Positions 16,391 through 25,078 are shown, numbered from the stretch's first letter. The stretch is 40,576 nucleotides of DNA from Patescibacteria group bacterium (GCA_041676225.1 JBAYSI010000001.1:1-40576); one strand, 5' to 3'. Program-made: numbers and translations. Notes: generated from the letters alone by a model not told the origin.

Positions 16391-18262
16391 ATGACAACGC
16401 AAGAAATAAGAAAAAAATATTTTGATTTTTTTGGGAGAAAAAATCATGAAATAATATCCTCTTCATCCTTGATTCCAGAGAATGATCCAAGTTTGCTTTT
16501 TACAAACTCTGGTATGTTTCCATTGGTTCCATATTTATTAGGAGAACAGGAACATCCAGGCGGTAAGCTATTAGCTAATAGCCAAAAATGTTTTAGATCT
16601 GAAGATATAGACGAGGTTGGTGATGGTCGTCATAATACTTTTTTTGAAATGCTTGGCAATTGGAGTTTGGGGGATTATTTTAAAAAAGAACAACTTAATT
16701 GGTGGTTTGAGTTTATGATAGAAGATTTAAATCTTGATATATCTAAAATTTATCAAACAGTTTATTTAGGCGATGGAAAAAATATAGAAAAAGATAATGA
16801 GTCAATTGAGATATTGAAAGATATATATAAAAAATATGGGATAGAAGCTGAGGAAGGCCCAGAAACACCGAATAAGGGTGATGAGGGACCAGGAGTAGAA
16901 ATAGATTTTTCTAAAAAAAGAATTTTTGCCTATAGAGATAAGAATTGGTGGCAAAGGGGGGATGCTGTTGGGGAGCTTGGTGGTCCAGACAGCGAAACTT
17001 TTTATGATACAGGCAAAGAGCATGATAAGTTATTTGGTGAGCATTGTCATTTGAATTGTGATTGTGGTAGATTTATAGAAATAGGAAATTCTGTTTTTAT
17101 GCAATATCAAAAAACTATTGACTCTTGGAAAGAGTTAAAGAGCAAAAATGTTGACTTTGGTGGTGGATTAGAAAGACTTGTTATGATTAAAAATAATTTA
17201 TCTAACGTTTTTGAAATTGACTCTTTGGGGTCTATCATTAAAAAACTAGAGGAATTATCATCTTTGAAATATTCTGAGAACAAGAAGGCTTTTGAAGTTG
17301 TGTCAGATCATCTTAAGGCGGCTACTTTTTTGTTGGGAGATGATAAAAAGCTTAATCCTTCAAATACGGACCAAGGATATATAATTAGAAGATTAATAAG
17401 GAGGGCCTTGCGCTACCTGATGAAATTAAATGTTTACAGATCTGGCCTTATTTCTGATTTAAGTTGTATTATTATTGATTTTTATAAAGAAGATTACAAT
17501 GAGTTGGGTAGGAATAAAAATTTTATTGTCAATTGTCTAAGGGACGAGGAGGATAAATTTTCAAAAACTATAGATAAGGGTGAAAAAATCCTTAACTCTT
17601 TGGCTAGTAAATCAGGAACTATAGATGGTAAGCTCGCCTTTGATTTATTCCAAAGTCATGGATATCCTCTTGAAATGACCGAAGAGATAATAAATGAAAA
17701 AAATATTAATAAATCTGAAAATTTTATAGACGAGTTTAAAAGTGAATTTAGAAATCATCAAGAAAGGTCAAAAACTGCTAGTGCCGGCAAGTTTAAAGGG
17801 GGATTAGCTGATCAAAGTGAGGCAACAACAAAGTTGCACACAGCAGCTCATTTATTATTAGCAGCCTTAAGAGTTGTTCTTGGTGAACATGTCAGTCAGA
17901 GAGGTAGTAATATAACAGCTGAGAGGCTTAGGTTTGATTTTTCTCACTCAGAAAAAATGACAGATGAGCAGAAGAAAGAAGTTGAAGGCCTTGTTAATAA
18001 GGCTATTAAAAATGGTTATGATGTTGTTTGTAGTGAGATGAAATTAAGCGAGGCTAAAGAATCGGGAGCTATAGGAGTGTTTGATTCTAAGTATAATGAA
18101 AATGTTAAAGTATATTCTGTTGCGGATTTTTCTAAAGAAATATGTGGCGGTCCTCACGTAGAAAGCTTGGCAGGTTTAGGTGCTTTTAGGATACAAAAAG
18201 AGGAGAGTTCAAGTTCCGGAGTTAGAAGAATTAAGGCAACTCTTGACAATATTAATAATTAA
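16391..18262 (+). CDS. alaS: Alanine--tRNA ligase, short form without the C-Ala domain
   Basis: AlaRS N-terminus (IRKKYFDFF..KNH....SSSLIP.NDPSLLFTNSGM), FFEMLGNWS, and editing-domain HTAAHLL plus CGGPHV. The protein ends after the editing domain at 623 aa. Confidence 0.92.
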   Translation: MTTQEIRKKYFDFFGRKNHEIISSSSLIPENDPSLLFTNSGMFPLVPYLLGEQEHPGGKLLANSQKCFRSEDIDEVGDGRHNTFFEMLGNWSLGDYFKKEQLNWWFEFMIEDLNLDISKIYQTVYLGDGKNIEKDNESIEILKDIYKKYGIEAEEGPETPNKGDEGPGVEIDFSKKRIFAYRDKNWWQRGDAVGELGGPDSETFYDTGKEHDKLFGEHCHLNCDCGRFIEIGNSVFMQYQKTIDSWKELKSKNVDFGGGLERLVMIKNNLSNVFEIDSLGSIIKKLEELSSLKYSENKKAFEVVSDHLKAATFLLGDDKKLNPSNTDQGYIIRRLIRRALRYLMKLNVYRSGLISDLSCIIIDFYKEDYNELGRNKNFIVNCLRDEEDKFSKTIDKGEKILNSLASKSGTIDGKLAFDLFQSHGYPLEMTEEIINEKNINKSENFIDEFKSEFRNHQERSKTASAGKFKGGLADQSEATTKLHTAAHLLLAALRVVLGEHVSQRGSNITAERLRFDFSHSEKMTDEQKKEVEGLVNKAIKNGYDVVCSEMKLSEAKESGAIGVFDSKYNENVKVYSVADFSKEICGGPHVESLAGLGAFRIQKEESSSSGVRRIKATLDNINN

Positions 18263-18282
18263 ATATATAATTGTTTTATATA

Positions 18283-18311
18283 AAATATTTTTATAAATAT
18301 TTATTTTTTTG
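18283..18311 (+). terminator. Weak all-A/T hairpin plus T-run after alaS
   Basis: aaatattt (18283-18290) / aaatattt (18295-18302) is self-complementary, with loop ttat and a following T-run. The stem has no G:C pairs. Confidence 0.25.
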
Positions 18312-18367
18312 TTTTAAAAAATTAGTAAGAAATTGGTTATATTTTTTACTAATCTTTATTTTAAATA

Positions 18368-18607
18368 ATGGATAACAAAGAAAATTCAGTAATAGATTCA
18401 AAGGACTTTATAGAAATGAAGGGCGAGATATTAGAGTTAATGCCAGCAGCCACTTTTAAAGTTTCTTTGGAGAATGGTCATGAGATTTTAGCTCACCTAT
18501 CTGGAAAAATGAGAATGAATAAGATAAGATTACTTCCAGGTGACAAGGTTAAAATCCAAATAAGTCCATATGACTTAAGTAAAGGCAGGATAGTTTTCCG
18601 CCTCTAG
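18368..18607 (+). CDS. infA: Translation initiation factor IF-1
   Basis: 79 aa S1-like OB protein. Motifs: [43 protein letters not shown]. Confidence 0.95.
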   Translation: MDNKENSVIDSKDFIEMKGEILELMPAATFKVSLENGHEILAHLSGKMRMNKIRLLPGDKVKIQISPYDLSKGRIVFRL

Positions 18608-18649
18608 TTTGTTTTTTTTATTAATTTATAATGTTAATTTAATATAAAT

Positions 18650-18763
18650 ATGAAAGTTAGAGCTAGTGCTAAAAAAATTTGTAAAGATTGTAAAGTTGTC
18701 CGTCGCAAGGGTCGTGTTTATGTTATATGTAAAACACCTAAGCACAAACAACGTCAAGGTTAA
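18650..18763 (+). CDS. rpmJ: 50S ribosomal protein L36 (zinc-ribbon form)
   Basis: Manual translation gives [37 protein letters not shown]-stop. It is below the ORF-track size cutoff and sits in the canonical slot between infA and rpsM. Confidence 0.95.
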   Translation: MKVRASAKKICKDCKVVRRKGRVYVICKTPKHKQRQG

Positions 18764-18798
18764 GAAATATTAAGAGTAATTAATTTTTAAATAATTTT

Positions 18799-19194
18799 AT
18801 GGCAGTAAGAATATCAGGAGTAACAATTCCAAACGAAAAAAGAGTGGTTATAGCTTTAACCTATATACTTGGCATTGGTCCAAAGTTTTCAAAGGACATT
18901 TTAGAAATTGCCAAGGTTGATCAAAGTACAAGAGTTAAAGATTTAAAAGAATCTGAGGTTAATACTTTGCGTGAAATAATTGAAAAGAAATATTTAACTG
19001 AGGGTGATTTAAGAAGAGAAATTGCTAGTAATATAAAGAGAATTAAGGAAATTTCTAGTCGAAAAGGTCTTTGTCATATCAAACATTTACCAACAAAAGG
19101 TCAAAGAACAAAGACAAACAGTAGAACAGTAAGAGGTAATAAAAAATCAACTATGGGTTCTGGTAAAAGTAAAGCCGGTTCTCAAAAAACTTAG
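18799..19194 (+). CDS. rpsM: 30S ribosomal protein S13
   Basis: MAVRISGVTIPNEKRVVIALTYILGIG... with a basic C-terminal tail. 131 aa. Confidence 0.95.
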   Translation: MAVRISGVTIPNEKRVVIALTYILGIGPKFSKDILEIAKVDQSTRVKDLKESEVNTLREIIEKKYLTEGDLRREIASNIKRIKEISSRKGLCHIKHLPTKGQRTKTNSRTVRGNKKSTMGSGKSKAGSQKT

Positions 19195-19220
19195 TTTTAA
19201 TTAATTTAAGATAATAAAAT

Positions 19221-19811
19221 ATGTCAGAAGAAAAAAAGGAAAATAAAAATAATCAAGAAGAATTAGAAATTAAAAATAACGAAGATTTTACTGTTGGTGA
19301 TTTTAGCGATGACCTGTTTGATGATGGTCCTGCCTCAGTTTTGGATAAAAAAGATGAATCAGATGATTTACCAGAGGAAATTAAGCAAAAATTAGAGAAA
19401 AATAAGCAAGCAAGAAGCAAGAAGAAAATTATTAAGAAGAAAAAGAAGAAAGAGAACGTTAAGGTGAAAAACGGACATGCTTATGTTAATGCTACTTATA
19501 ATAATACAATATTATCTTTAACTGATAAGAATGGAAATGTTATTTCTTGGGCTAGTGCTGGAATGGCTGGTTTCAAGGGTGCTAAGAAAGCAACTCCTTA
19601 TGCTGCTCAAATTATAACAAAGATAGCTGCAATGAAGGCAAAGGAAGAGTTCGGGCTAGAAAGTGTAAAGGTTTTTGTTTCTGGTGTCGGAACTGGAAGA
19701 GAGTCAGCTATTAGGTCTTTAAACGCTAACGGACTGGAAATAGAGTCAATAAAAGATGTGACTGCTGTTCCTCATAATGGTTGTAGACCTAAAAAACCAA
19801 GAAGAGTATAA
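19221..19811 (+). CDS. rpsK: 30S ribosomal protein S11 with a ~65-aa N-terminal extension
   Basis: The canonical S11 core begins near [18 protein letters not shown] and ends with [14 protein letters not shown]. It is preceded by an acidic stretch and then a Lys run. Confidence 0.92.
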   Translation: MSEEKKENKNNQEELEIKNNEDFTVGDFSDDLFDDGPASVLDKKDESDDLPEEIKQKLEKNKQARSKKKIIKKKKKKENVKVKNGHAYVNATYNNTILSLTDKNGNVISWASAGMAGFKGAKKATPYAAQIITKIAAMKAKEEFGLESVKVFVSGVGTGRESAIRSLNANGLEIESIKDVTAVPHNGCRPKKPRRV

Positions 19812-19831
19812 TATATTAATTTTTATATAAT

Positions 19832-20467
19832 ATGGGAAAAAATTTAGAAGCAAAATGTAAACAATGCAGAAGAATCGGAGAGAAGCTTTTATTAAAGGGT
19901 GAGAGATGTTCTTCTACTAAATGCGCGATGGTAAAAAGAAATTATCCTCCCGGTTTTCATGGTCCAAAAGGGAAAAAGAGGTTAAGTGATTACAGTTTAC
20001 AATTAACAGAAAAACAAAAAGCTAGAAAATATTACGGATTAAGCGAGGAACAGTTTAAATTGACTTTTGACAGAGTTCAGAAAAAAGGTGGAGATGTTGG
20101 AGTTAATTTTATGAAAACATTGGAAATGAGATTTGATAATGTTGTTTATAGGGCAGGAATTGCCACATCTAGAAGTTTAGCTAGACAACTTGTTAATCAC
20201 GGTCATTTTAAAATTAATGACAGAAAAGTTGATATACCATCATACCAAGTTAAGGCTGGTCAAACTATATCTATAAAAAAAGGCTCTCTTTCAAATAATT
20301 ATTTTAAATTATTGTCAGAAAGACTTAAGAAGGCAAGTGAGGAGCAAAAAAGTTGGTTAAGTGTTGATAGTAAGGGTTTGACAGTTAAGGTTTTACACGA
20401 ACCAGGACAACAAGACTTACCAGCAAATATTAAAACACATATGATTATAGAGTTTTATTCTAAATAA
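19832..20467 (+). CDS. rpsD: 30S ribosomal protein S4 (Cys-rich N-terminus)
   Basis: CKQCRR...CSSTKC zinc-knuckle N-terminus, YGLSEEQF, and an S4 RNA-binding domain (RFDNVVYRAGIATSRSLARQLVNHGH). Confidence 0.95.
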   Translation: MGKNLEAKCKQCRRIGEKLLLKGERCSSTKCAMVKRNYPPGFHGPKGKKRLSDYSLQLTEKQKARKYYGLSEEQFKLTFDRVQKKGGDVGVNFMKTLEMRFDNVVYRAGIATSRSLARQLVNHGHFKINDRKVDIPSYQVKAGQTISIKKGSLSNNYFKLLSERLKKASEEQKSWLSVDSKGLTVKVLHEPGQQDLPANIKTHMIIEFYSK

Positions 20468-20489
20468 TTTTAAACATAACATTTTTTAT

Positions 20490-21281
20490 ATGGAAAAAAT
20501 AGCTTTACCAAAGAAAATAGAATTCAAACAATCAGAAGGAGATAATAGTGGTTTGGTTATAGTAGAACCTCTTTATCCTGGTTACGGAATGACAATAGGA
20601 AACTCTATTAGAAGAGTTTTATTATCATCATTACCTGGTTCTGCTGTTGTTGGAGTTAAAATTAAAGGTGTAAAGCATGAATTCATGTCTTTAGCTGGAG
20701 TTAAGGAGGATGTTGTTGATATAATTTTGAACTTAAAACAACTTAAGTTAAAGATATTTGAAGATACTGACGAAGTTATTAAACTAGAACTTGAGATTAA
20801 AGGTAAAAAGAAGGTTACAGCTGGCGATATAAAGTCTGATAGTAGAGTTGAAATAGCTAACAAGGATTTGATTATTGCTACAACTACAGAAGCAACATCT
20901 ACCCTAAGCATGGAAATAAGCGTTGCTTGCGGAAGAGGTTATCACCTAGTTGAAAGAAACAAGAAAGATCAAAAAGAGGTTGATTATATAGATATGGATT
21001 CAATATTTTCTCCTGTATTACTTGTTAGTACAAAGGTTGAGAATATTCGTGTTGGTAAGATGACTAACTGGGATAAATTAATTTTAGAAGTTGAAACCGA
21101 TGGCACTATATCTGTTCAAAAGGCCTTTGAGGATTCAGTGGAAATATTGATGAATCAATTTAAAGCTTTAGCCCCAGAAAAGAAGGAGGTTGAGGTTGTT
21201 GAGCAAAAAAAGAGTACAAAGGCAAAACCTAAAGTTGAAAAAAAAGAAAAAGTAGAGAAAGAGAAAAAAACTAAAAAATAG
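20490..21281 (+). CDS. rpoA: DNA-directed RNA polymerase alpha subunit, N-terminal domain only, with a Lys/Glu tail
   Basis: The alpha-NTD is recognisable (VEPLYPGYGMTIGNSIRRVLLSSLPG, ...NIRVGKMTNWDKLILEVETDG). The protein ends at 263 aa with KKEVEVVEQKKSTKAKPKVEKKEKVEKEKKTKK. No alpha-CTD helix-hairpin-helix region is present. Confidence 0.9.
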   Translation: MEKIALPKKIEFKQSEGDNSGLVIVEPLYPGYGMTIGNSIRRVLLSSLPGSAVVGVKIKGVKHEFMSLAGVKEDVVDIILNLKQLKLKIFEDTDEVIKLELEIKGKKKVTAGDIKSDSRVEIANKDLIIATTTEATSTLSMEISVACGRGYHLVERNKKDQKEVDYIDMDSIFSPVLLVSTKVENIRVGKMTNWDKLILEVETDGTISVQKAFEDSVEILMNQFKALAPEKKEVEVVEQKKSTKAKPKVEKKEKVEKEKKTKK

Positions 21282-21304
21282 ATTATAATTTAGAAAATAC
21301 AAAT

Positions 21305-21652
21305 ATGAGACACAGAAATAATGTCAAAACCTTGGATAGAAAAAAAGGTCCACGTGAACTAATGTTGAGAAACATGGTTTCAAGTGTTGTTATACATGAA
21401 AAAATAAGTACAACTAAGGCAAAGGCTAAAGTTGTTAAGCCTTTAGTTGAGAAAGCTATCACAACAGCTAAAAAGGGTGATTTAAGTTCTAGAAGGATTC
21501 TTTTAGAGTCTCTTCAACCTAAGATTGTTGATAAGCTGATACATGATTTAGCTGATAGATATAAAGACAGAACTGGTGGGTATTTAAGAATTGTTAAAAC
21601 TGGCAACAGACAGGGTGATGGTGCTGAAATGGCGCAAGTTGAGTTGGTTTAA
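21305..21652 (+). CDS. rplQ: 50S ribosomal protein L17
   Basis: MRHRNNVKTLDRKKGPR... and TGGYLRIVKTGNRQGDGAEMA. 115 aa. Confidence 0.95.
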   Translation: MRHRNNVKTLDRKKGPRELMLRNMVSSVVIHEKISTTKAKAKVVKPLVEKAITTAKKGDLSSRRILLESLQPKIVDKLIHDLADRYKDRTGGYLRIVKTGNRQGDGAEMAQVELV

Positions 21653-21675
21653 TTAAAAATAATAAAGATATAAAT

Positions 21676-22032
21676 ATGAAAAAAGTTGAGAGAAAATTAC
21701 ATAAGATGGATGCCGAGGGTAAGACTATTGGCAGATTATCTACATCTATCGCTACCATATTAAGAGGTAAAAATAAACCAGAGTTTGAACCACATCTTGA
21801 CTTGGGTGATATAGTTGAGGTTGTTAATATCGACAAAGTTGTTTTTAGTGGTAAAAAGCTAGATCAAAAGAAATATTTCAGCTATTCTGGTTATAGAAGT
21901 GGTTTAAAGGAAAAAAAGATGAAAGATGTTTTTTCTTCTAATCCTGGAGAGGTTTTAAAAAGATCAGTTAAGGAGATGTTAGCTCCAACTAGGATGAGAG
22001 ATGATATAATGAAGAGATTAATAATTAGATAA
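21676..22032 (+). CDS. rplM: 50S ribosomal protein L13 (short C-terminus)
   Basis: GRLSTSIATILRGKNKPEFEPHLDLGDIVEVVN... and KKYFSYSGYRSGLK. It is 118 aa, versus ~140-145 typical. Confidence 0.9.
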   Translation: MKKVERKLHKMDAEGKTIGRLSTSIATILRGKNKPEFEPHLDLGDIVEVVNIDKVVFSGKKLDQKKYFSYSGYRSGLKEKKMKDVFSSNPGEVLKRSVKEMLAPTRMRDDIMKRLIIR

Positions 22033-22102
22033 TATAAAACAATAAATATTAATTAAATAATTTTAATTTCTATTAATTTATTTAATAAATTATATACCCA
22101 AA

Positions 22103-22666
22103 ATGAGTGAAGATAAAAAAGTTACAAAAAAAGTAAGTCCTAAAAAGGAAACTGTTAAAAAAACTGTGGCCAAAAAAGCTCCTGTTAAGAAGGTTGTTGA
22201 AAAAAAAGTTGTCGAGAAGAAAGAAAAGGTTTCTACTGCAACAAAGAAGCCGACAACTGTTAAAAAAGAAGCAACATCTTCTAAATTTATACAAGCTATA
22301 GGTAGAAGGAAGACTGCTGTTGCTCAAGTTAGATTATATTTTCCTGGTAAGGGTGGTATAATTATAAACGATAAAGAAGCTTCAGATGTTCTTTTGGATG
22401 ACAACTTAAATGTGGTTTTACAACCGTTAAAGGCTTGTTCTAAAATTGACAGTTTTGATTTTACAGTTATAGTTAAAGGTGGTGGAACAGCTAGTCAAAT
22501 AGAGGCTATCCGTCATGGAATTTCAAGAGCTTTACTTAAATATGACCCAGAACTAAAAACAACTTTAAAAGTTAATGGTTATCTTACAAGAGATCCTAGA
22601 AAGAAAGAAAGAAAGAAACCAGGTTTAAAGAAGGCAAGAAAGGCTCCGCAATGGTCAAAACGTTAA
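22103..22666 (+). CDS. rpsI: 30S ribosomal protein S9 with a ~55-aa Lys/Val-rich N-terminal extension
   Basis: The S9 core runs from IGRRKTAVAQVRL to RKKPGLKKARKAPQWSKR. It is preceded by KKVTKKVSPKKETVKKTVAKKAPVKKVVEKKVVEKKEKV. Confidence 0.92.
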   Translation: MSEDKKVTKKVSPKKETVKKTVAKKAPVKKVVEKKVVEKKEKVSTATKKPTTVKKEATSSKFIQAIGRRKTAVAQVRLYFPGKGGIIINDKEASDVLLDDNLNVVLQPLKACSKIDSFDFTVIVKGGGTASQIEAIRHGISRALLKYDPELKTTLKVNGYLTRDPRKKERKKPGLKKARKAPQWSKR

Positions 22667-22692
22667 ACCTTCATATCCTTACAATACATCAA

Positions 22693-22718
22693 AATCCTCT
22701 AATTCTAGAGGATTTTTT
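22693..22718 (+). terminator. Rho-independent terminator after rpsI
   Basis: Stem aatcctct (22693-22700) / agaggatt (22707-22714), 6-nt loop, then TTTT. Confidence 0.7.
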
Positions 22719-22753
22719 GTATTTAAAAATTAATATGAAAATGAACTCATAGT

Positions 22754-22782
22754 TTTACATGACCTTAAAAATACGGTAAAAT
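22754..22782 (+). promoter_or_regulatory. Promoter for the GT2 gene at 22838
   Basis: TTTACA (22754-22759), 17 nt, TAAAAT (22777-22782). The predicted 5' UTR contains an 8-bp hairpin, ttatgtaa (22788-22795) / ttacataa (22804-22811). Confidence 0.4.
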
Positions 22783-22837
22783 GGAGTTATGTAAGTAATT
22801 TGTTTACATAAGTCTAAAAATAAATTAAAATGGGGCT

Positions 22838-23863
22838 ATGAAATTAAATATAGGGTTTTTAACCTACAATTTGAGTAGTTTTAAATATCTGCCAGCTTTC
22901 TTTAGCAGTCTGATGGGGGCTGTGTCTTTTTTGAAAGATAATTATACTGTAGATGTTAAAATTACGGCCGTTGATAATAGTGTCAATTTTGATGGTAATT
23001 ATAATTATTTAAGTGATTATGTCTCTAATAGTTTTGAGTTGATTAAGTCTGGGGGCAATATCGGATTTGCCAAGGGATTTAATTTGATTATAAATAGGGC
23101 AGTTGAAGAATCCTTTGACATTTTTTTAGTTATAAATCCAGATGTTATTTTAGAAAAAGACTCTTTGTATAAAATGGTTAACTTTTTAAACTCTAAAAGT
23201 GATGCATCGTCAGTTTCTCCCGTTATACTTAGGTGGGATTTTGGAAAAAAAGAAAAAAGTAATAAAATAGATAGCCTGGGAATAGGTATTAAGCCTAGTC
23301 ATAAATTTTTTGACATAGGGCAGGGTAATTATTTTAATAATTATGAGAATCTGCCGACCGAGATATTTGGTCCATCAGGGGCTTGTGCTCTTTTTAAATT
23401 GGACGCCCTGAAAAAGGTTGCATATTATAATGGTGAGTATTTGGAGTTTTTTGATGAATTAATGTTTATGTATAAAGAGGATATAGATTTGTCATACAGA
23501 CTACAATTAGCCTCTTTTAAGTCTTATTTAGTTAAAGATGCCTTTATCTACCACGACAGAAGCTTGTCTTCTAAAACATCGCTAATTAAACATGTTTTTG
23601 GTTTTAAGCGTGATAAATCAAGGTCTTGGTCTTTTTTAAACCAATTAATTCTGAATTATAAATTTAGCAAAATTAAGTTTCCTCTTGATATTAAACTTAA
23701 ATTTTTTGTTAGAAATTTACTCCTCTTTTTTTATGGTTTTTTATTTGAATTAAGATCATTTTTTGCCTTTATAAATATTAAGAGGCAAGTGAAGAAGAGG
23801 GTAAATTCTTTGACCGTAGAAAACACGGGACTATCCAATTTATTGGATTTAATTAAAAATTAG
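22838..23863 (+). CDS. Family 2 glycosyltransferase (rhamnosyltransferase-like)
   Basis: 341 aa. GGNIGFAKGFN and NPDV blocks, SGACALFK, EDIDLSYR, and a hydrophobic C-terminal segment. Confidence 0.8.
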   Translation: MKLNIGFLTYNLSSFKYLPAFFSSLMGAVSFLKDNYTVDVKITAVDNSVNFDGNYNYLSDYVSNSFELIKSGGNIGFAKGFNLIINRAVEESFDIFLVINPDVILEKDSLYKMVNFLNSKSDASSVSPVILRWDFGKKEKSNKIDSLGIGIKPSHKFFDIGQGNYFNNYENLPTEIFGPSGACALFKLDALKKVAYYNGEYLEFFDELMFMYKEDIDLSYRLQLASFKSYLVKDAFIYHDRSLSSKTSLIKHVFGFKRDKSRSWSFLNQLILNYKFSKIKFPLDIKLKFFVRNLLLFFYGFLFELRSFFAFINIKRQVKKRVNSLTVENTGLSNLLDLIKN

Positions 23864-23927
23864 CTATTGACTTATTTTTTAAATTATGTTTTACTTTATA
23901 GGTAATAATAATTTTATTTAAGTATAT

Positions 23928-24953
23928 ATGAAAAGCTTTCTAAAAAAGATAATTAAAGAAAAAAAGGATGAAGAGTTGACTAAATTAAATGCTATTAATT
24001 TAGTTAATGATGTTTTTAAAAATTTACACAACAGGGAGAGTGACGTTTTGTCACGTCGCTTTGCTTTGGGTTTTGAAAAACAGCACACTTTAGAAGAAAT
24101 TGGAAAGCTTCATAGTCTTACAAGGGAAAGGGTCAGACAGATAGAAAAATCTAGTCTAGATAAAATCAAGAAGATAGAAAATCTTGATGAAAGATTAGGA
24201 TTAATTAGGGAATTGGTTGCCAAAATATTAGATGAGCATGGTGGAGCCATGGAGAGGGAATTCCTTTTGGATATTTTGTCTGTTCTAAGTCTGCAAATAA
24301 ATGACAATGACCTAAATGACGAAAAAGTAGATTACAAAAATTATTTTGATTTTATTTTATCCAAGCTATTAGATGATTACATTGAGAAGGTTGATAATTC
24401 GGATAAGTTTTCAGCATTTTACAAGATTAAGGATAAAGCAGTTAATTATTTAGAAGATTTGGCTGAAGAATTGAGGTCAAAAATATTGGACGCTAAAAAA
24501 ACAATGAAAATTGAAGAATTATTAGACATGGTTAAGGGTTTAGATTCTTTTAATACTCATAAGGATAAATTATTGGACAAAATTGAGAATATTGACCTTA
24601 CTAAGGTGTTTAAAGATAAAATATTTCCAGAGAAAGGAGAGATAATAAATAAAAATAAGACATTATATTCAATAATTCAATCAATAAAAGATATTAACAG
24701 AAATAAGCTTGGTCATTGGGGTCATGATAGTTGGCCCGAGGTTAAGCCCAAGAGAATAACTGATAAAATTTACTTAATTTTAAAAGAAGAGAATAAGCCA
24801 ATGCATTTTGAGGAAATAGCTAAAAAAATAAATGATATAGGCTTTGACCATAAAAAGGCTAACAAAGGCTCAGTGCACAATGAATTAATATTAGATGATA
24901 GATATATTTTGGTTGATAGAGGTGTTTACGCTCTTAAAGAGTGGAAAAAATAA
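23928..24953 (+). CDS. Sigma-70 region-4-like HTH plus C-terminal HARE-HTH domain protein (no region 2)
   Basis: Residues ~35-85 (ESDVLSRRFALGFEKQHTLEEIGKLHSLTRERVRQIEKSSLDKIKK) resemble sigma-70 region 4.2. Residues ~276-341 (ITDKIYLILKEENKPMHFEEIAKKI...VHNELILDDRYILVDRGVYALKEW) resemble the HARE-HTH of the RNAP delta subunit. No -10-recognition region is visible. Confidence 0.6.
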   Translation: MKSFLKKIIKEKKDEELTKLNAINLVNDVFKNLHNRESDVLSRRFALGFEKQHTLEEIGKLHSLTRERVRQIEKSSLDKIKKIENLDERLGLIRELVAKILDEHGGAMEREFLLDILSVLSLQINDNDLNDEKVDYKNYFDFILSKLLDDYIEKVDNSDKFSAFYKIKDKAVNYLEDLAEELRSKILDAKKTMKIEELLDMVKGLDSFNTHKDKLLDKIENIDLTKVFKDKIFPEKGEIINKNKTLYSIIQSIKDINRNKLGHWGHDSWPEVKPKRITDKIYLILKEENKPMHFEEIAKKINDIGFDHKKANKGSVHNELILDDRYILVDRGVYALKEWKK

Positions 24954-24970
24954 TCATTAATACTTCAAAA

Positions 24971-25001
24971 AACGTCCCCTTATTACAGGGGGCGTTTTTT
25001 T
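24971..25001 (+). terminator. Rho-independent terminator
   Basis: 10-bp stem aacgtcccct / agggggcgtt with one G:U pair, loop tattac, then a T7 run. Confidence 0.8.
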
Positions 25002-25078
25002 GTTTTAATGTTTTGATTTTATAAATAATTTATGTTATTATATTTTTATAAAGATATTTGTTTTTAAAAAAAATACTT

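Noticed and set aside
8693-25078. N-terminal extensions in the ORF track that begin at TTG (8693 mraY, 13842 murC, 25058 membrane protein)
   Set aside because: The extensions overlap upstream genes or promoter elements and add non-conserved hydrophobic residues. Canonical ATGs (8732, 13926, 25079) give N-termini matching the families.
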